Source: Callorhinchus milii
Lineage: Eukaryota
DNA length: 64,000 nt
Reading direction: 5' to 3'
NCBI RefSeq assembly: GCF_018977255.1
Contig: NW_024704742.1
Coordinates: forward strand, 135,782,001 to 135,846,000
The notes under the pieces were generated by a model that was given only the letters and a program-made list of their open reading frames with translations, was not told where the DNA came from and ran no database searches. Made by a program: the position numbers and the translations under genes. Shown one piece after another: positions 11,187-23,016 of this stretch (the stretch's first letter is position 1; each line of letters opens with the position of its first letter).

Positions 11187-11390
11187 CTGAAATCAAAAGC
11201 CATGATTCTGAAATCATGAGTCAGAGGTAATTCATTCGCATGGGCAGCACCAGCCCCTACCCCTCCCCTGGTTATTGTTCAACAGGAGTCATGTGGAAGG
11301 AATCCCTGCCCCCAATGATTTGTTCCTAAAAAGGATCCAAGAAAGAAAGATTCCAAGCTTGTGGTGAAGTTTGACAGCAGCTTGAGGTAC

Positions 11391-11555
11391 CTGTGACCTT
11401 GTATGAGATTTCTCTGTAAGGGGTCAAATCCTCCCCGTTGACCATAACCAGCTCAGGACATTTCTCTTTGGCCTCGTTGAACAACATGAGTTTACTAACC
11501 CCACGCTTTCTGGCCTCATAATTGCAAGTGACCATCAAATACTTCTGGTGAACAC
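11391..11555 (-). CDS. POLI: DNA polymerase iota exon 3 (VHQKYLMVTCNYEARKRGV...NGEDLTPYREISYKVT)
   Basis: Y-family TCNYEAR and NGEDLT motifs; canonical AG/GT, 165 bp, phase 1-1. Confidence 0.97.
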
Positions 11556-11654
11556 CTGTAGAGAAGCAATATACTACATAAATCAGTCAATCAGTGATGC
11601 GTCAATCAACCCATCAACCCACCTGTCAATCAATACACCACCCACAATTATTGG

Positions 11655-13590
11655 GCAACAACAACGAGATAACATTTGTATAGCGCCTTTCACGTCAGGA
11701 GGTTGTCCCAAGGCGCTGGACAGTGTACAGCATTTCAGCCCCAAGCTGGGGTCGTGGGGAGGGGAGAAGGGAGGGGAAGGGGGGGTGGCCGGTGGCATGG
11801 TCGAAGAGGAGAATCTTGAGGCAGGACTTGAAGGAGGCTAAGAAGGGAGCGAAGCAGAGTGATTGGGGGATGAAGTTACACAGGTTTGGGGCAGAGTGGC
11901 TGAAGGCTCTCCCACCAATGGTGGACTGGGTGGGCCGGGGGACGTGGAGCAGCCAGAGCCGGCTGAGTGGAGAGAGCAGGCGGGTTGATAGGAAGTTACG
12001 AAGTCGCAGAGGTAGGGTGGGGCGAGGCCATGGAGGGCTTCGTAAATGAGGACCAGGATCTTGAACTGGATCCTCTGAAGGATAGGGAGCCAATGGAGAC
12101 AGACGAGAATGGGGGAGATGGGGTCAGGGAGGAGAAAGGATACGGGCTGCAGAGTTCTGGATTATCTGAAGCCTGTGAAGGGGGGAGTTGGGAAGGCCGA
12201 ACAGGCGTTTCACAGTCGAGCCTGGAGGTGATGAAGGCATGAACAAGAGTTTCAGTAGCCTGAGTGGTGAGATAGTGGCGGACTCGGGCGATGTTACGGA
12301 GGTGAGGGAAGGCAGAGTGGGTCATGGCTTGGATGTGGGGATGAAAAGACAGTTGAGGGTCGAACAAGACACCTAAGTTCCTGACTGGCTGGTGAGTTGT
12401 AGTGTGCAACCATGGAGGTTGATGCTGCCAGAGCCTGAGGTGCTGAGGCGTTGGCGCGAGGCAATCAGGAGGGCCTCAGTCTTGTTCACATTCAACTGTA
12501 GGAAATTTGCCATCATCCAGGACTTGATGTCCGACAGGCAGTCTGTCAGGACAGCAGTGGTCCTGGAGGTGAGGGTGGAGGCAGAAAGATAGAGTTGGGT
12601 GTCATCCGCATACATGTGGAAGTTGACCCCATGTCTGCGGATGATGTCACCAAGGGGGAGCATGTAGATATCAAAGAGGAGAGGGCCAAGGCAGAGCTCT
12701 GGGGGACGCCAGACGTGACAGTGTGAGGGCTAGAGGAGAAACCGTTAGAGGCAACAAAGTGGAGACAGTGAGAGAGATAGGAATCGAACCAGGCAAGGGC
12801 AAGTCTGTAAAGATTAAGTAAAGAGGAGAGGCGGTGTATGAGGATGGAGCGGTCGACAGTGTCGAAGGCGGCAGAGAGATCGAGGAGGACAAGGAAGCAG
12901 AGAGAGCCCTGATCACAGATGTTCAGAACGTCATTTGTGACTTTGACCAGAGCTGTTTCTGTGCTGTGTGCAGCGCGGAAGCTGGATTGGAGGGATTTAA
13001 AGAGGGAATGGCGAGAAAGAAAGGAGTGGAGCTGAGACCCGACGATTCGTTCCAGGACCTTGGAGAGGAATGGGAGTTTAGAGATGGGGAGGTAGCTGGA
13101 GAGAAGGGATGGATCCAGGGAAGGTTTTTTCAAGATGAAGGTGATGACAGCTGTTTTTAGTGGAGGTGGAAACTGAACCAGTGGACAAGGAGAGGTTGAA
13201 GACGTCGGACAAGAGAGGGGTCTGAAGGTGGAGCTGGGAGATGAGAGTGGGGATGGGATCGAGGGAGCAGGTGTTGGGCTTGAGTTTGCAGACAGTTGTG
13301 GTGAGGGAGGAGAAAGAAATAGGGTATAGGAGTATAGGGAGGGATGGGTGGGTGTGGATCATGAGGGAGAGGTGATGTGGGGGTGGCTGTGGACGGACCA
13401 GAAGTGGCTGAACGTATCCCCTCGATTTTGGATTGGAGGAAGTCCAGCATCTCCTCACAGTTGGAGTTTGAGGAGAAGATGGGCGAGGCGTGGGAAGGTG
13501 GACTGAACAGACAGTTTTTGGTGGAAAAGAGAAGCCGGGGGTTGTCCTTTGCCTCCAAGATAACCTTGGAGTAGAAGGAGGATTTGGAGA
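11655..13590 (-). mobile_element. L2 LINE, 5'-truncated and frameshifted, in POLI intron 2
   Basis: [32 protein letters not shown] in successive frames; L2 3' tail. Confidence 0.93.
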
Positions 13591-13848
13591 GCACTGGACT
13601 GTACACACATTCACTAGCACTGTACTGTACACCCACACTCACTGGGCACTCACTCACATTTGATCCAAGACCTTATGTGGGACACTACTGTGCCCAATTG
13701 GCTTCCGTGTTTCACCCACTAAATATACAATAAAATCACTTTATAGTATATTCTATGAAGCGCTTTGAGACATCTTGAAGATGTGATAAGGTGCTATATC
13801 AAATGCAAGAATTATTATTATTTGTTAAAGGAGGTACAGTTTGATTAC

Positions 13849-13980
13849 CTATAGGTTTGTTCCTTAATTTAGGGTTTCGGATCATTTCTACCTGTGCGTA
13901 GAAGCAATCCAGGTCGATGTGCACTATGACCCTGCCATCTGCGGCAGTGGTCTCTGGGGCAGCAAACTGGAGGCTTGAAC
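13849..13980 (-). CDS. POLI: DNA polymerase iota exon 2 (RVIVHIDLDCFYAQVEMIRNPKLRNKPIG; first catalytic Asp and steric-gate Tyr)
   Basis: Y-family motif I DLDCFYAQVE; acceptor TTTCCTCAG and donor G|GTAATC. Confidence 0.97.
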
Positions 13981-14499
13981 CTGAGGAAACACACAAGATT
14001 AACTGGAGGAGTAAAGTATTCAGTCAAATGGCGCATATTCCTCCTTCGTACACACTCGCGTAAAATAAGCAACAGAGTCTCGGCAACCAAATTGGCCACC
14101 TGTGGACTGTTACTGTGCGCAAATTGGCAGCTGCGTTTGCCTAAAATAGGCACAGTTAGTACACTTTACAGTAAATCGTGTGAAGCGCTTTGCAGTCAAT
14201 GTACCAATTGCAACGAGAACGGTTATTTATCAGCAACCGTGGCAGGGACAGTGCTTCCAAATGTTTCTGTTCTTAACGTTTGCAGAAACTTAAGCAAAAA
14301 AATAAATAAAAAGGAAATTCAAAACAGATTCTTTCCGCCTCACTGACTCTCTTAACGCAACTGAACCTGCACTGAACTCTCAACCTTCGCTCAAAACGCA
14401 CAGTCAATTCACTTTACAGCATACTCCGCGATGCGCTTCCAGACGCCTCAGCGACAGTGTCAAACGCAAAGGTTATCAGAGATAACGTTTGAACTCTCT

Positions 14500-15540
14500 T
14501 AACCTGCCTGGACGCCCGAGAGGAGTCAGGGGTTTGGGGTCAAAGCATTCAGCCCTACAGAGCCATTCCCTTTCGCCTTCCTCCTCCGAATCCATCGTCG
14601 TCTCTTCGGAGTCCGCGTGGGACCAGAAGCGGCTGTGCCGAGCGCTGCCCTCCAGGGAGGAAGGAGCCCAAGACATCTTCCCCCACTTGTCCCCCAAGTC
14701 GAACACCACCACTTGTGAGGCGCAGAGGCCCCCAATGGACAACCAAAACACAAGGCCACGCCCCAGAACAAACCATCTCCAATTATGCTGCGGATATCTG
14801 AGCCCCTTCCAATGGAGAAATGGCAGAATTTATAATGGGTTTAGCCCAAAGTCAACCAAATACAGACCCCCCCCCCTCCCCCACCAAAGCAGCACCTGAC
14901 GTCCTGTCGGTTTGTCCCAGTGGGCATTATTCGAAAGTTTCTCCCCCCCCCCCCCCCAAAGTTCTGCCTCCAAACACCCATAAAAATATAATATTTTTTT
15001 ATTTTCAAATTTAAAGTTGTTAAGGTTAAAAAAAAAACACACACGACTGCAATAGTTTTCAGGTATTTTCGGACCTCAGCGATTCAGCCCCTGTCACACA
15101 CTCTCCACTCCAACCACATGTGTGTGGGGGGGAAAAAAAACAACTCCGGTCAAACTACAGTCGGCCCTCACTGGGCCCTCCCTCGTGCGGAACGATATGC
15201 TTCTCGGCACCGCGGAGACAAGGCCTCTCTCTCGGCCCCTGATTTCGGAGGGTGAAGCCTTCGTTTCAAAACGCAACCGCCCGCCGTTCATTAACCGAAC
15301 CGGTGGCACGAGCCAGGGATGGGCAGTGGGGCGGCGCGGGCGGGTGACCGGTGCTGCGGGTTACGGGGCTGGAAACGCGGTGTGGGTGTCGCACTCTTTG
15401 GCCAGGCGGAGGAGGAGCCGGGCGGGAGGGAGGGAGTGAGCGGGCGGTTATAAGGCGCTGTTGCGCCGACAGCGACTCAGTCGGAGCGGCGGCAGCTCCG
15501 GAGGGCTGTGGTGCACAGAGCGGTCAGAGGTTCCCATCAT
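14500..15540. promoter_or_regulatory. CpG-rich POLI promoter region, possibly bidirectional
   Basis: CpG-rich blocks at 14500-14790 and 15140-15530; CCAAT motifs; GC boxes and plus-strand TATAAG at 15449-15454. Confidence 0.55.
14508..14595 (-). CDS. POLI: DNA polymerase iota, coding exon 1 (MDSEEEGEREWLCRAECFDPKPLTPLGRP-G)
   Basis: ATG at 14595 in strong Kozak context (ACGATGG) and an acidic N-terminus as in vertebrate Pol iota. Exon 2 needs a phase-1 donor, best met by CAG|GCAGGT at 14507. An in-frame upstream ATG lies at 14676. Confidence 0.7.
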
Positions 15541-16375
15541 CTGATAAGACATATCACTTATATCGGACATATCACTTATATATATATAAAAAGATCGAAC
15601 TCACCACAATTCCTGCCGTTGGCAGTCACTGGAGGGAAGTGTGGGATGAAGGGCTATTTCTCTGCTGATGAGTGTTCTGTTTATTTATAGAGTTTTATTC
15701 TCGCATCGTTTGTTGCTGAACCTCAAAAGACGGGACACATTTTCCCCGAGAGAGCCAATACCTAATCTCGGGACTGCAACCAGAAATGGAAGGCTATCTA
15801 ATTGATATTACATAATTAGCCGCAGTATTAATTGGCTAATATTAGCTGCATTGATACCTTATTTCCTGGGGTTGGTGCCTCTGTGAGGTCCCAACATGAA
15901 ATGCCCTCTTATCAATGTAAACTCGTTGCTGCGATAGGTTTAAGAGACAATAATAATAATTGCATTTGATATCGCGCTTTTCACATCTTGTAGACGTCTT
16001 AAAAGCGCTTCACAGAATAGACTGTAAAGTGAATTGACTGCATATTTGTGGGTGAAACGCACAGCAGTGTCCCGCAAACAGTCATGGATTGAAATGACCC
16101 AATTGATTGTGTTTTTTGAGGGATTATTAGGCGTGTGGAGTAAGGAAACTTGCCCAAGGTTTCACCCTGCCGGAAATCTCTTACAGGTGTGCGTATGTAT
16201 GTATATATATATATATGTAGAGTTGTACACGTATTCACTCATCTGTGCAACACATTCAAAATTATATATATATATATATATGTGTTGCACAGATGAGTGA
16301 ACACGGGTACAACTCTGTACACTTTTGGTGAAACGCACACAGCGGAGGACGCAGCCCCAAGAGAACGCATTTTGT

Positions 16376-16381
16376 TTTATT
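16376..16381 (-). terminator. PolyA signal AATAAA of paralog B
   Basis: AATAAA ~470 nt after the stop, in a context conserved with paralog A (TGTAAAT.TTGTGAATAAAAC). Confidence 0.75.
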
Positions 16382-16853
16382 CACAAGATTTACAGATATT
16401 TACACGCTTCCCCCCCCCCCCCTCCCCCCTCCGCCACCAACCACCAACCCCCACCATCAAAAAACTGGCCCGTCGGGTCTCGGCGGCGTCACGAGAAAAG
16501 CTTACAGCGCAGAGGGAGGCCATCCGGCCCCGTCTACTCCGCGTTGGCGCTGGCTCGCTCACCCCGAACGCAAGACTACCTGCCCCATGGACCTCCCCCC
16601 CCCCCCCGCCCCCCACAAGAAGCTACCTTCCCAACCCCCAATGGACCTACCAGTCCCCCCCCACTCTCCTCTCATGGACCTCCCGCCACACCCCAAATGG
16701 ACCAAACATCTCCCCCTTCAAGGGATCCATCTCAGGTCCTCCCAATGGGATCCATAACAACAACCCCCGCGCCAACTCCCCCCACAGTGGACCTGCAATG
16801 GTCCTCACAGCCTCTGCCCCCCATGTTCTCTTCTTCCCCCCCTCCCAATAACC

Positions 16854-17971
16854 CTATGTGTCTCTTTTCCGCGCCCTCTTGGCCGAGGCTGTGCGGTTAC
16901 CCGGCGCGCCGCCGCCGCCGCCGCCTTCTTTCCTCTTGCCTCTGTGAGGCGGCGGCGGCGCTGCTGCTGCTGCTCCGGGAGCGGGAGGGGAGGAGGAGGC
17001 GGGAGAGGAGCCGGAGGAGGAGGAGGAGGAGGGGGGTGGCGGCCGCCGGGGGGCCTGACCCGGGCCCGGCTGGTGCTGCTCCTCCAGCGGCAGGTCCCAC
17101 CACAGGGCCTGGGTGTCCCAGGCCGCGGGGGACGAGGACTGACTGGCGGACGGCGTGTCGGCGGCCGCGGCGAAGCTCTCGTCCGTCTGCTGGGCCACCG
17201 ACACCTGCTGCCGGCGGCGCGGGGCCGAGGCCGAACTCGAGCCCGAGGCTTCTCGGCGCCGCAGGGCCTCGGCCAGCAGGAGGAACCCGGCCGCCATGGA
17301 GCGCTCGAGCTGCTGGCACAGCGCGGCCAGGCCTCCCGCCACCGCCCGCGACAGGGAGCCGGTCGCCATGGACACCGAGCGCTCCAGGGCCTCCACCAGA
17401 GCCTCGGGGTCGGGGTGGGGCGAGGGCCGAGGCGGGTGCGCGGGGCCCGGGCAGCGCATCTCGTCCCTCAGGAGGCCCATCTCCTCCACCAGGTCCTGCC
17501 GCAGCTCCCCCAGGGCCTCGGGCAGCTGCTCGGCGCAGCGCTGGACCGGGGCCAGGCCGCTCCGCACCGCCGCGTTCACGCGGTCCAGCAGCAGCCGCAC
17601 GGGGTCGTCCTCGGCCGGCGAGGCCGAAATCGAGGTCGGGGTCGGAGGCCGACGCGGCACTTGACGCCGCCTGAAGCCCGCGGGGCCCACGCACTCGGGT
17701 CTGAGCCTCGCCTGCGGGAGGGCCTTCCGGGCCTCCAGCTCCTCCTCGTCGGACACGGCCTCGGTCTTTATTCGCTCTCCCTCCTCCCCCTCGGCCCCGT
17801 CCTCCTCCAGGCTCCGGCCCGCGGGCCAGCCGCGGCCCGCCACCCGCCCTGGCCGGGCCCGCACATGCCCCGGCCCCGGCCTCGGGTAGCCCTCGCTGCC
17901 CTCTGCCGGCGGCTCCTCGTCTGCTCCGCGGGTCTCCTCGCCCTGCTGGGCCCCCGGGGCTTGGGGGTCTG
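16854..17971 (-). CDS. Myb/SANT-like paralog B, exon 3: acidic/disordered linker, coiled-coil/amphipathic helices, basic C-terminal NLS-like tail
   Basis: CAGCAG (NAGNAG) acceptor, phase 1; open to TAG at 16854; three exons total 1509 nt = 502 aa + stop; homologous to 3920-5049. Confidence 0.85.
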
Positions 17972-17973
17972 CT

Positions 17974-18855
17974 GGGGAGAGAGGGGGGGGGGGGGAAGAG
18001 AAGGGGAGAGAGAGGCGGGGGAGGGGGAGAGAGAGGGGGGGAGGGGGAGAGAGAGAAGGGGAGAGAGAGGGGGAGAGAGAGGGGGGGGAGAGAGGGGGAG
18101 AGAGGGGGGGAGGGGGAGAGAGAGAAGGGGAGAGAGAGGGGGGAGGGGGAGAGAGAGGGGGAGGGGAGAGAGAGAAGGGGAGAGAGAGGCGGGGGAGGGG
18201 GAGAGAGAGAAGGGGGAGAGATGGGGAGAGAGGGGGGGAAGGGGAGAGAGAGAAGGGGAGAGAGAGGGGGGGAGGGGGAGAGAGAGGGGGGGGGAGAGAG
18301 AGGGGGGGAGAGAGAGAAGGGGAGAGAGAGGGGGGGGAGGGGGAGAGAGAGAAGGGGAGAGAGAGGGGGGAGGGGGAGAGAGAGAAGGGGAGAGAGAGGG
18401 GGGGAGGGGGAGAGAGAAGGGGGGGAGGGGGAGAGAGAGAAGGGGGGAGAGAGAGATGGGGGGAGAGGGGGGGGAGGGGGAGAGAGAGAAGGGGGGAGAG
18501 AGAGATGGGGAGAGAGGGGGGAGGGGGAGAGAGAGGGGGGGAGGGGGAGAGAGAGGGAGGGGGGGAGGGGGAGAGAGAGAGAGATGGGGGAGAGAAGGGG
18601 GGAGGGGGAGAGAGAGAGAGATGGGGGGAGAGAAGGGGGGGAGGGGGGGAGAGAGAGGGGGGAGGGGGAGAGAGAGCGGGGGGGGGGGAGGGGGAGAGAG
18701 AGAAGGGGGGGGAGAGAGATGGAGAGAGAGAGAAGTGGGGGAGAGAAAGCGGTAGAGAAAGAGAGAAGGGGTTAGAGAGCGAAGGGGGGGAGACAGAGAG
18801 AGAGAGAGACAGACAGACAAGGGAGAGAGAGAGGAGGGAGAGAGATGAGGAGAAG
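17974..18855 (+). repeat. ~880-bp polypurine (GA/GGA) tract
   Basis: Almost only G and A on the plus strand. Confidence 0.98.
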
Positions 18856-19204
18856 TCAATCCTTGGCTCTGGCCTCATCGCACCTCTCCGACCTCCTCAC
18901 CCCCCAATCCACCACCCGGTCAACGCCTCCGCTCGTCCCTCGCACCCTCCGACCCACCATCGGTGGCCGCACTTTCAGCCACCGCTCCCCAAAACTGTGC
19001 AATGCCCTCCCTCGACCCCGCGGCCGTGCCCCCCCTCTCCCCCCTTTCAAATCCCACCTCTCAGACACAGGTATAGAGAGAGAGACGCACATACACAGGG
19101 ATTCGCACACACACTCACAGAGCGACACGCATTCTCAGACGCACACGCACGTAGAGACACTCATGAACACATAGAGAGTCACACAGAGAGGAAGACACAA
19201 ACAT

Positions 19205-19620
19205 ACTCAACAACAACAACAACAACAAGATTCCATTTATAAAGCGCCTTTCACGTCGGGAGGACGTCCCAAGGCGCTGCACAGTTGGGTCATGACCCGA
19301 GCAGGGGGGGAAATGGTCAGGGTGAGGGGAGGGAAGGGAGGAGCGAGGAGGGGGGAAATGGTCAGGGTGAGGGGAGGGAAGGGAAGGGAGGGAGCGAGGA
19401 GGGGGGAAATGGTCAGGGTGAGGGGAGGGAAGGGAGGGAGCGAGGAGGGGGGAAATGGTCAGGGTGAGGGGAGGGAAAGGAGGGAGCGAGGAGGGGGGAA
19501 ATGGTCAGGGTGAGGGGAGGGAAGGGAGGGAGCGAGGAGGGGGGAAATGATCAGGGTGAGGGGAGGGAAAGGAGGGAGCCAGGAGGGGGAAGAGAGTCGA
19601 GAGGGGAGCTGAAGGCTCGC
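19205..19620 (-). repeat. L2 3' tail with ~7 tandem copies of a 37-46-bp unit (GGGGGGAAATGGTCAGGGTGAGGGGAGGGAAGGGAGGGAGCGAGGA)
   Basis: The unit occurs once in other L2 tails (38750-38795) and three times at 48040-48175. Confidence 0.92.
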
Positions 19621-19737
19621 ACAGAGAGACACACAGACACTCACAAACAGAGAGAGAGAGAGAGACATACAGACACACACAAATGCACATAGAGACAGAC
19701 ACACACAATCAAACACACAAACACACACAGACAAGTA

Positions 19738-20129
19738 TTTGGGCGGAGGAGGGTATTTGTGGCAGAGGAGGGTTTGTGGCGGAGGAGGGCATTTGTGACA
19801 GAGGAGGTCATTTGAGGCGGAGCGGGACGTTTGTGGTGGAGGAGGCTGTTTGTGGCGGAGGAGGGTTTGTGGCGGAGGGGGGCGTGTGATTGAGGAGGGT
19901 TTGTGGCGGAGGGGGACGTTTGTGGCGGAGGAGGCTGGTTGTGGCGGAGGAGGGTTTGTGGCGGAGGAGGGCATTTGTGGCAGAGGAGGTCATTTGAGGC
20001 GGAGCGGGACGTTTGTGGTGGAGGAGGCTGTTTGTGGCGGAGGAGGGTTTGTGGCGGAGTGGGGGCGTGTGATTGAGGAGGGTTTGTGGCGGAGGGGGAC
20101 GTTTGTGGCGGAGGAGGGTTTGTGGCGGA
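19738..20129 (+). repeat. 17-19-bp satellite (GGAGGAGGGTTTGTGGC) with a ~180-bp higher-order duplication
   Basis: The same series of variant units recurs at ~19760-19930 and ~19940-20110. Confidence 0.92.
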
Positions 20130-21596
20130 TTCTGCGGAAACAGTGCAGCCGCACTTTTCTGTTGGCCCAGCGGATAACCACATATCTCCCTTACCCGCTT
20201 CCCAGATAACTGCTTGTCCGCTTTACACACATGCTGGACAACCTCTTGCCCTCCTTATCTGCAGACCGGATAATCCCGATAACCGCATGTTCCCCTTACC
20301 CACTCGATTTATAGTGACCAGGTCACGACTTTAACCTCAGAAACGCGAGGTCTATGTGATCCAGGTCAATATAGCAGATTCTGCTCCCTGTTATAACGCA
20401 GGAACCATCATCCTGTGGAGGGGGGTGGGGGACGAGGGGAGGTAAGTGGCATCTCCTTCTACCTGAAGTAGGTCCAAGGTGAAATGCCCGGCAACGGAAT
20501 ATCGGAATCGAGCCAGCCCTCTGCGGTGGTCAGGGTGGTCTGGCTCCTGCTGATGACAGCAAAGCCCAGCCTGGCTCATCATCGGGGCCCGGAAGGGCAG
20601 ACTAGTCACTACATGCAGGATATCCTCCCTCTCAGCTCCTGCAAGCCAAAGCCCTAACAGGTAGGGTGGTCCTAGCTGGGCAAGCAGTCGGGGAAAGCTT
20701 GCCAGACAGCGATGTCAATGGCAAGCTATGCGGGTTTAGCTGGTTAGATTCCAGCTGTATTCCAAACCACATTCCCAGGTGCCTAAGCCAACCTGTGCCT
20801 AATGCTTTCCGGAATTAGGTAAGCAGGATGTGTCCCTCCGGGGAGAGAGAGCGCATTCCGTTCCAACAATCTTATCTCTGGGATTTCCATGTGTAGGTGG
20901 GACGTGGAATTCTCAGTTTTTCAAATCCCACCTGAAAATCTTCCTCTTCGTCCGTGCTTATCGCCACCTCCCCCTCCTCCAACCTCCACCCCCCCCCCCC
21001 CCCGGCTCAGAGTCAGGCTCCACCACTGTTAGACACTCTTGAGACGCTACTCTGCTTGGAGTGCAAATTGTTGTTCCGAGGATGGTACGCAAGTCCAACT
21101 TGCAGGAGATAATGTTAGCAGCGACCTAGAAGGTGTCAAACTTTAGAGTGGGAAGCCAGCTTGTTAGTTGGAACTCGGGTGTATCAAGTCTATGGTGAGT
21201 AGAATGAGGAGGTTATATGGGTCCATAGTAGACCCGCACTCTTGAAAGGCGCTATAATGGGGTTTTCCCTATAACTTGCAATAAAGAGAGAGATACTGTT
21301 AAAGGGGGGGACGGGAGGTAACGCATACACACACGAGAGGCATAGAGAGACACGCACAAGCACACAAAGACCCATTATCTGCACTGTTTTCATATCCACA
21401 ATGGGGCTGCTTTCAATTAGTGCAGATATCAGGCTCCTTAACAAGTCGGTTCCCAGCAATTCCATAGATTGCGCTGGGGAAGAATGGAGTGAGGTTTTCC
21501 CGTTAGGAGAACGCGTGCACAACTCACCAAGGAATCCCGTCAACAATGACCCCCTCCTAACAGCGGGGAGGGGAGTGGGGGAGGGTCATTACCCAC

Positions 21597-21759
21597 CTGT
21601 TTGGTCCTCCTCCAAGCCCACGTTCCACTCCCCCACTTCCATTGCCGGCTCCGGCCCGAACATCTCCAGCATCCGCTCCTCGTGTGGTGACAGCTCCCTG
21701 AGTCCGGGGGGCCTGCCATCGAGGCACGCTAACTGAGCTTTGTTATACGCCACTTTAAG
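21597..21759 (-). CDS. Myb/SANT-like paralog B, exon 2 (LKVAYNKAQLACLDGRPPGLRELSPHEERMLEMFGPEPAMEVGEWNVGLEEDQT)
   Basis: 163 bp, TTCTGCAG acceptor, CAG|GTGGGT donor, phase 0-1; 39/54 aa identical to the exon at 2876-3038. Confidence 0.88.
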
Positions 21760-21839
21760 CTGCAGAACAGAACATGGCAGCACTATTATAATATTAATAT
21801 AATAATCCTTATATTTGCCCACATACACAGTCAACATCA

Positions 21840-22285
21840 ACAGCAACAACAAGATTCCATTTATAAAGCGCCTTTCACGTTGGGAGGACGTCCCAAGGTG
21901 CTGTATAGTTAGGTCAGGACCCAAGCAGGGGGAAAATGGTCAGGGGGAGGGGAGGGAAGGGAGGGAGCGAGGAGGGGGTAGAGAGTCGAGAGGGGAGCTG
22001 AAGGCACGGTCAAAGAGAAAGGTCTTGAGACCGGTCTTGAAGGAGGAAAGGGAGGAAGCGGCGAAGGCACTGGGGATAGAGTTCCAGAGCCTCGGGCCTG
22101 AGAGGCTGAAGGCCCGGCCACCGATGGTAGGGCGGTTGGGGCGGGGGACGTGGAGCAGACCGGAGCCAGAGGAACGGAGGGTACGGGCAGGTAGGTAGGG
22201 GGATAGTAGGTCGGAGAGGTAGGAGGGAGCAAGGCCGTGAATGGCCTTGTAGGTGAGGATGAGGATCTTGAAGTCAAATCCATTT
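21840..22285 (-). mobile_element. Young L2 3' fragment
   Basis: Near-identical to 38445-38880 and 58205-58640. Confidence 0.9.
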
Positions 22286-22676
22286 TACAATAATTTCTGT
22301 GAAGCTCTTTTAGACGTCTGAACGACGTGACGAGGCAATAAAAAACTCAAGGATTAATACTATTTTGACATTGCGTCTTGTAAGTCTTCGAGATATCTCA
22401 AACGTGCTTCACCGAATGTGATGCCTTATTTATAGCATTATATCCCCACAAACAGCCATGAAGAGAATGACTGATTTTATCGGGGGGATTATCAGCCAAG
22501 GAAACCAGGAGAAACTCCTCTTTTCTGATTGGGATCTTAAACTCCACATGAAGAGGCCCAGAAGACCTCAGTTTAATATTTCATCCATAGGACGGACCCT
22601 CGAATATTACAGTTCTCCTGTATTGGAATGGGAGTGGGCAGCACTCTCCCCAATGAGTCAGAAGGTTGTGGGTTCA

Positions 22677-22677
<1 letters not shown>

Positions 22678-22709
<32 letters not shown>

Positions 22710-23016
22710 CCTTGCATTTGATATAGCGCTTTTCACGTCGGGAGGACGTCCCAAAGCGCTTCACAGAACACACTGTAAAGTGAATTGACTGTATATTTGT
22801 GGGCGAACGCGGCAGCCAATTGCGCACAGCAATGTCCCACAAACAGTTGTAGATTGAAAATGACCAATTTAATTATTGTTTTTTTTTTGGAGGGATTATT
22901 ATTAGGCTCTGTGTGGAGTAAGGAAACTTGCCCAAGGTTTCGCCCTCTGCCTGGAATTGAACTCAGGTCTCTCACTTGCAAAGCGAGTGCTCTAACCACT
23001 GAGCTACAGGACTCCA
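22678..23016 (-). mobile_element. tRNA-headed SINE, young short subfamily, inserted inside a DeuSINE
   Basis: Near-identical to 7543-7864; long (TAA)n tail; host SINE continues on both sides. Confidence 0.92.

Noticed and set aside
17767..17772. AATAAA on the minus strand inside paralog B exon 3
   Set aside because: Falls within the codons for R-I-K in GC-rich coding sequence with no downstream U/GU element; probably incidental
17768..18878. Long Pro/Ser/Leu and Gly/Glu/Arg ORFs, including the first ~300 aa of ORF 16854..18878
   Set aside because: Polypurine tract; homology with paralog A begins only at the acceptor at 17971
20550..20556. CTGATGA hammerhead ribozyme core
   Set aside because: No stem II followed by GAAA or closing helices found
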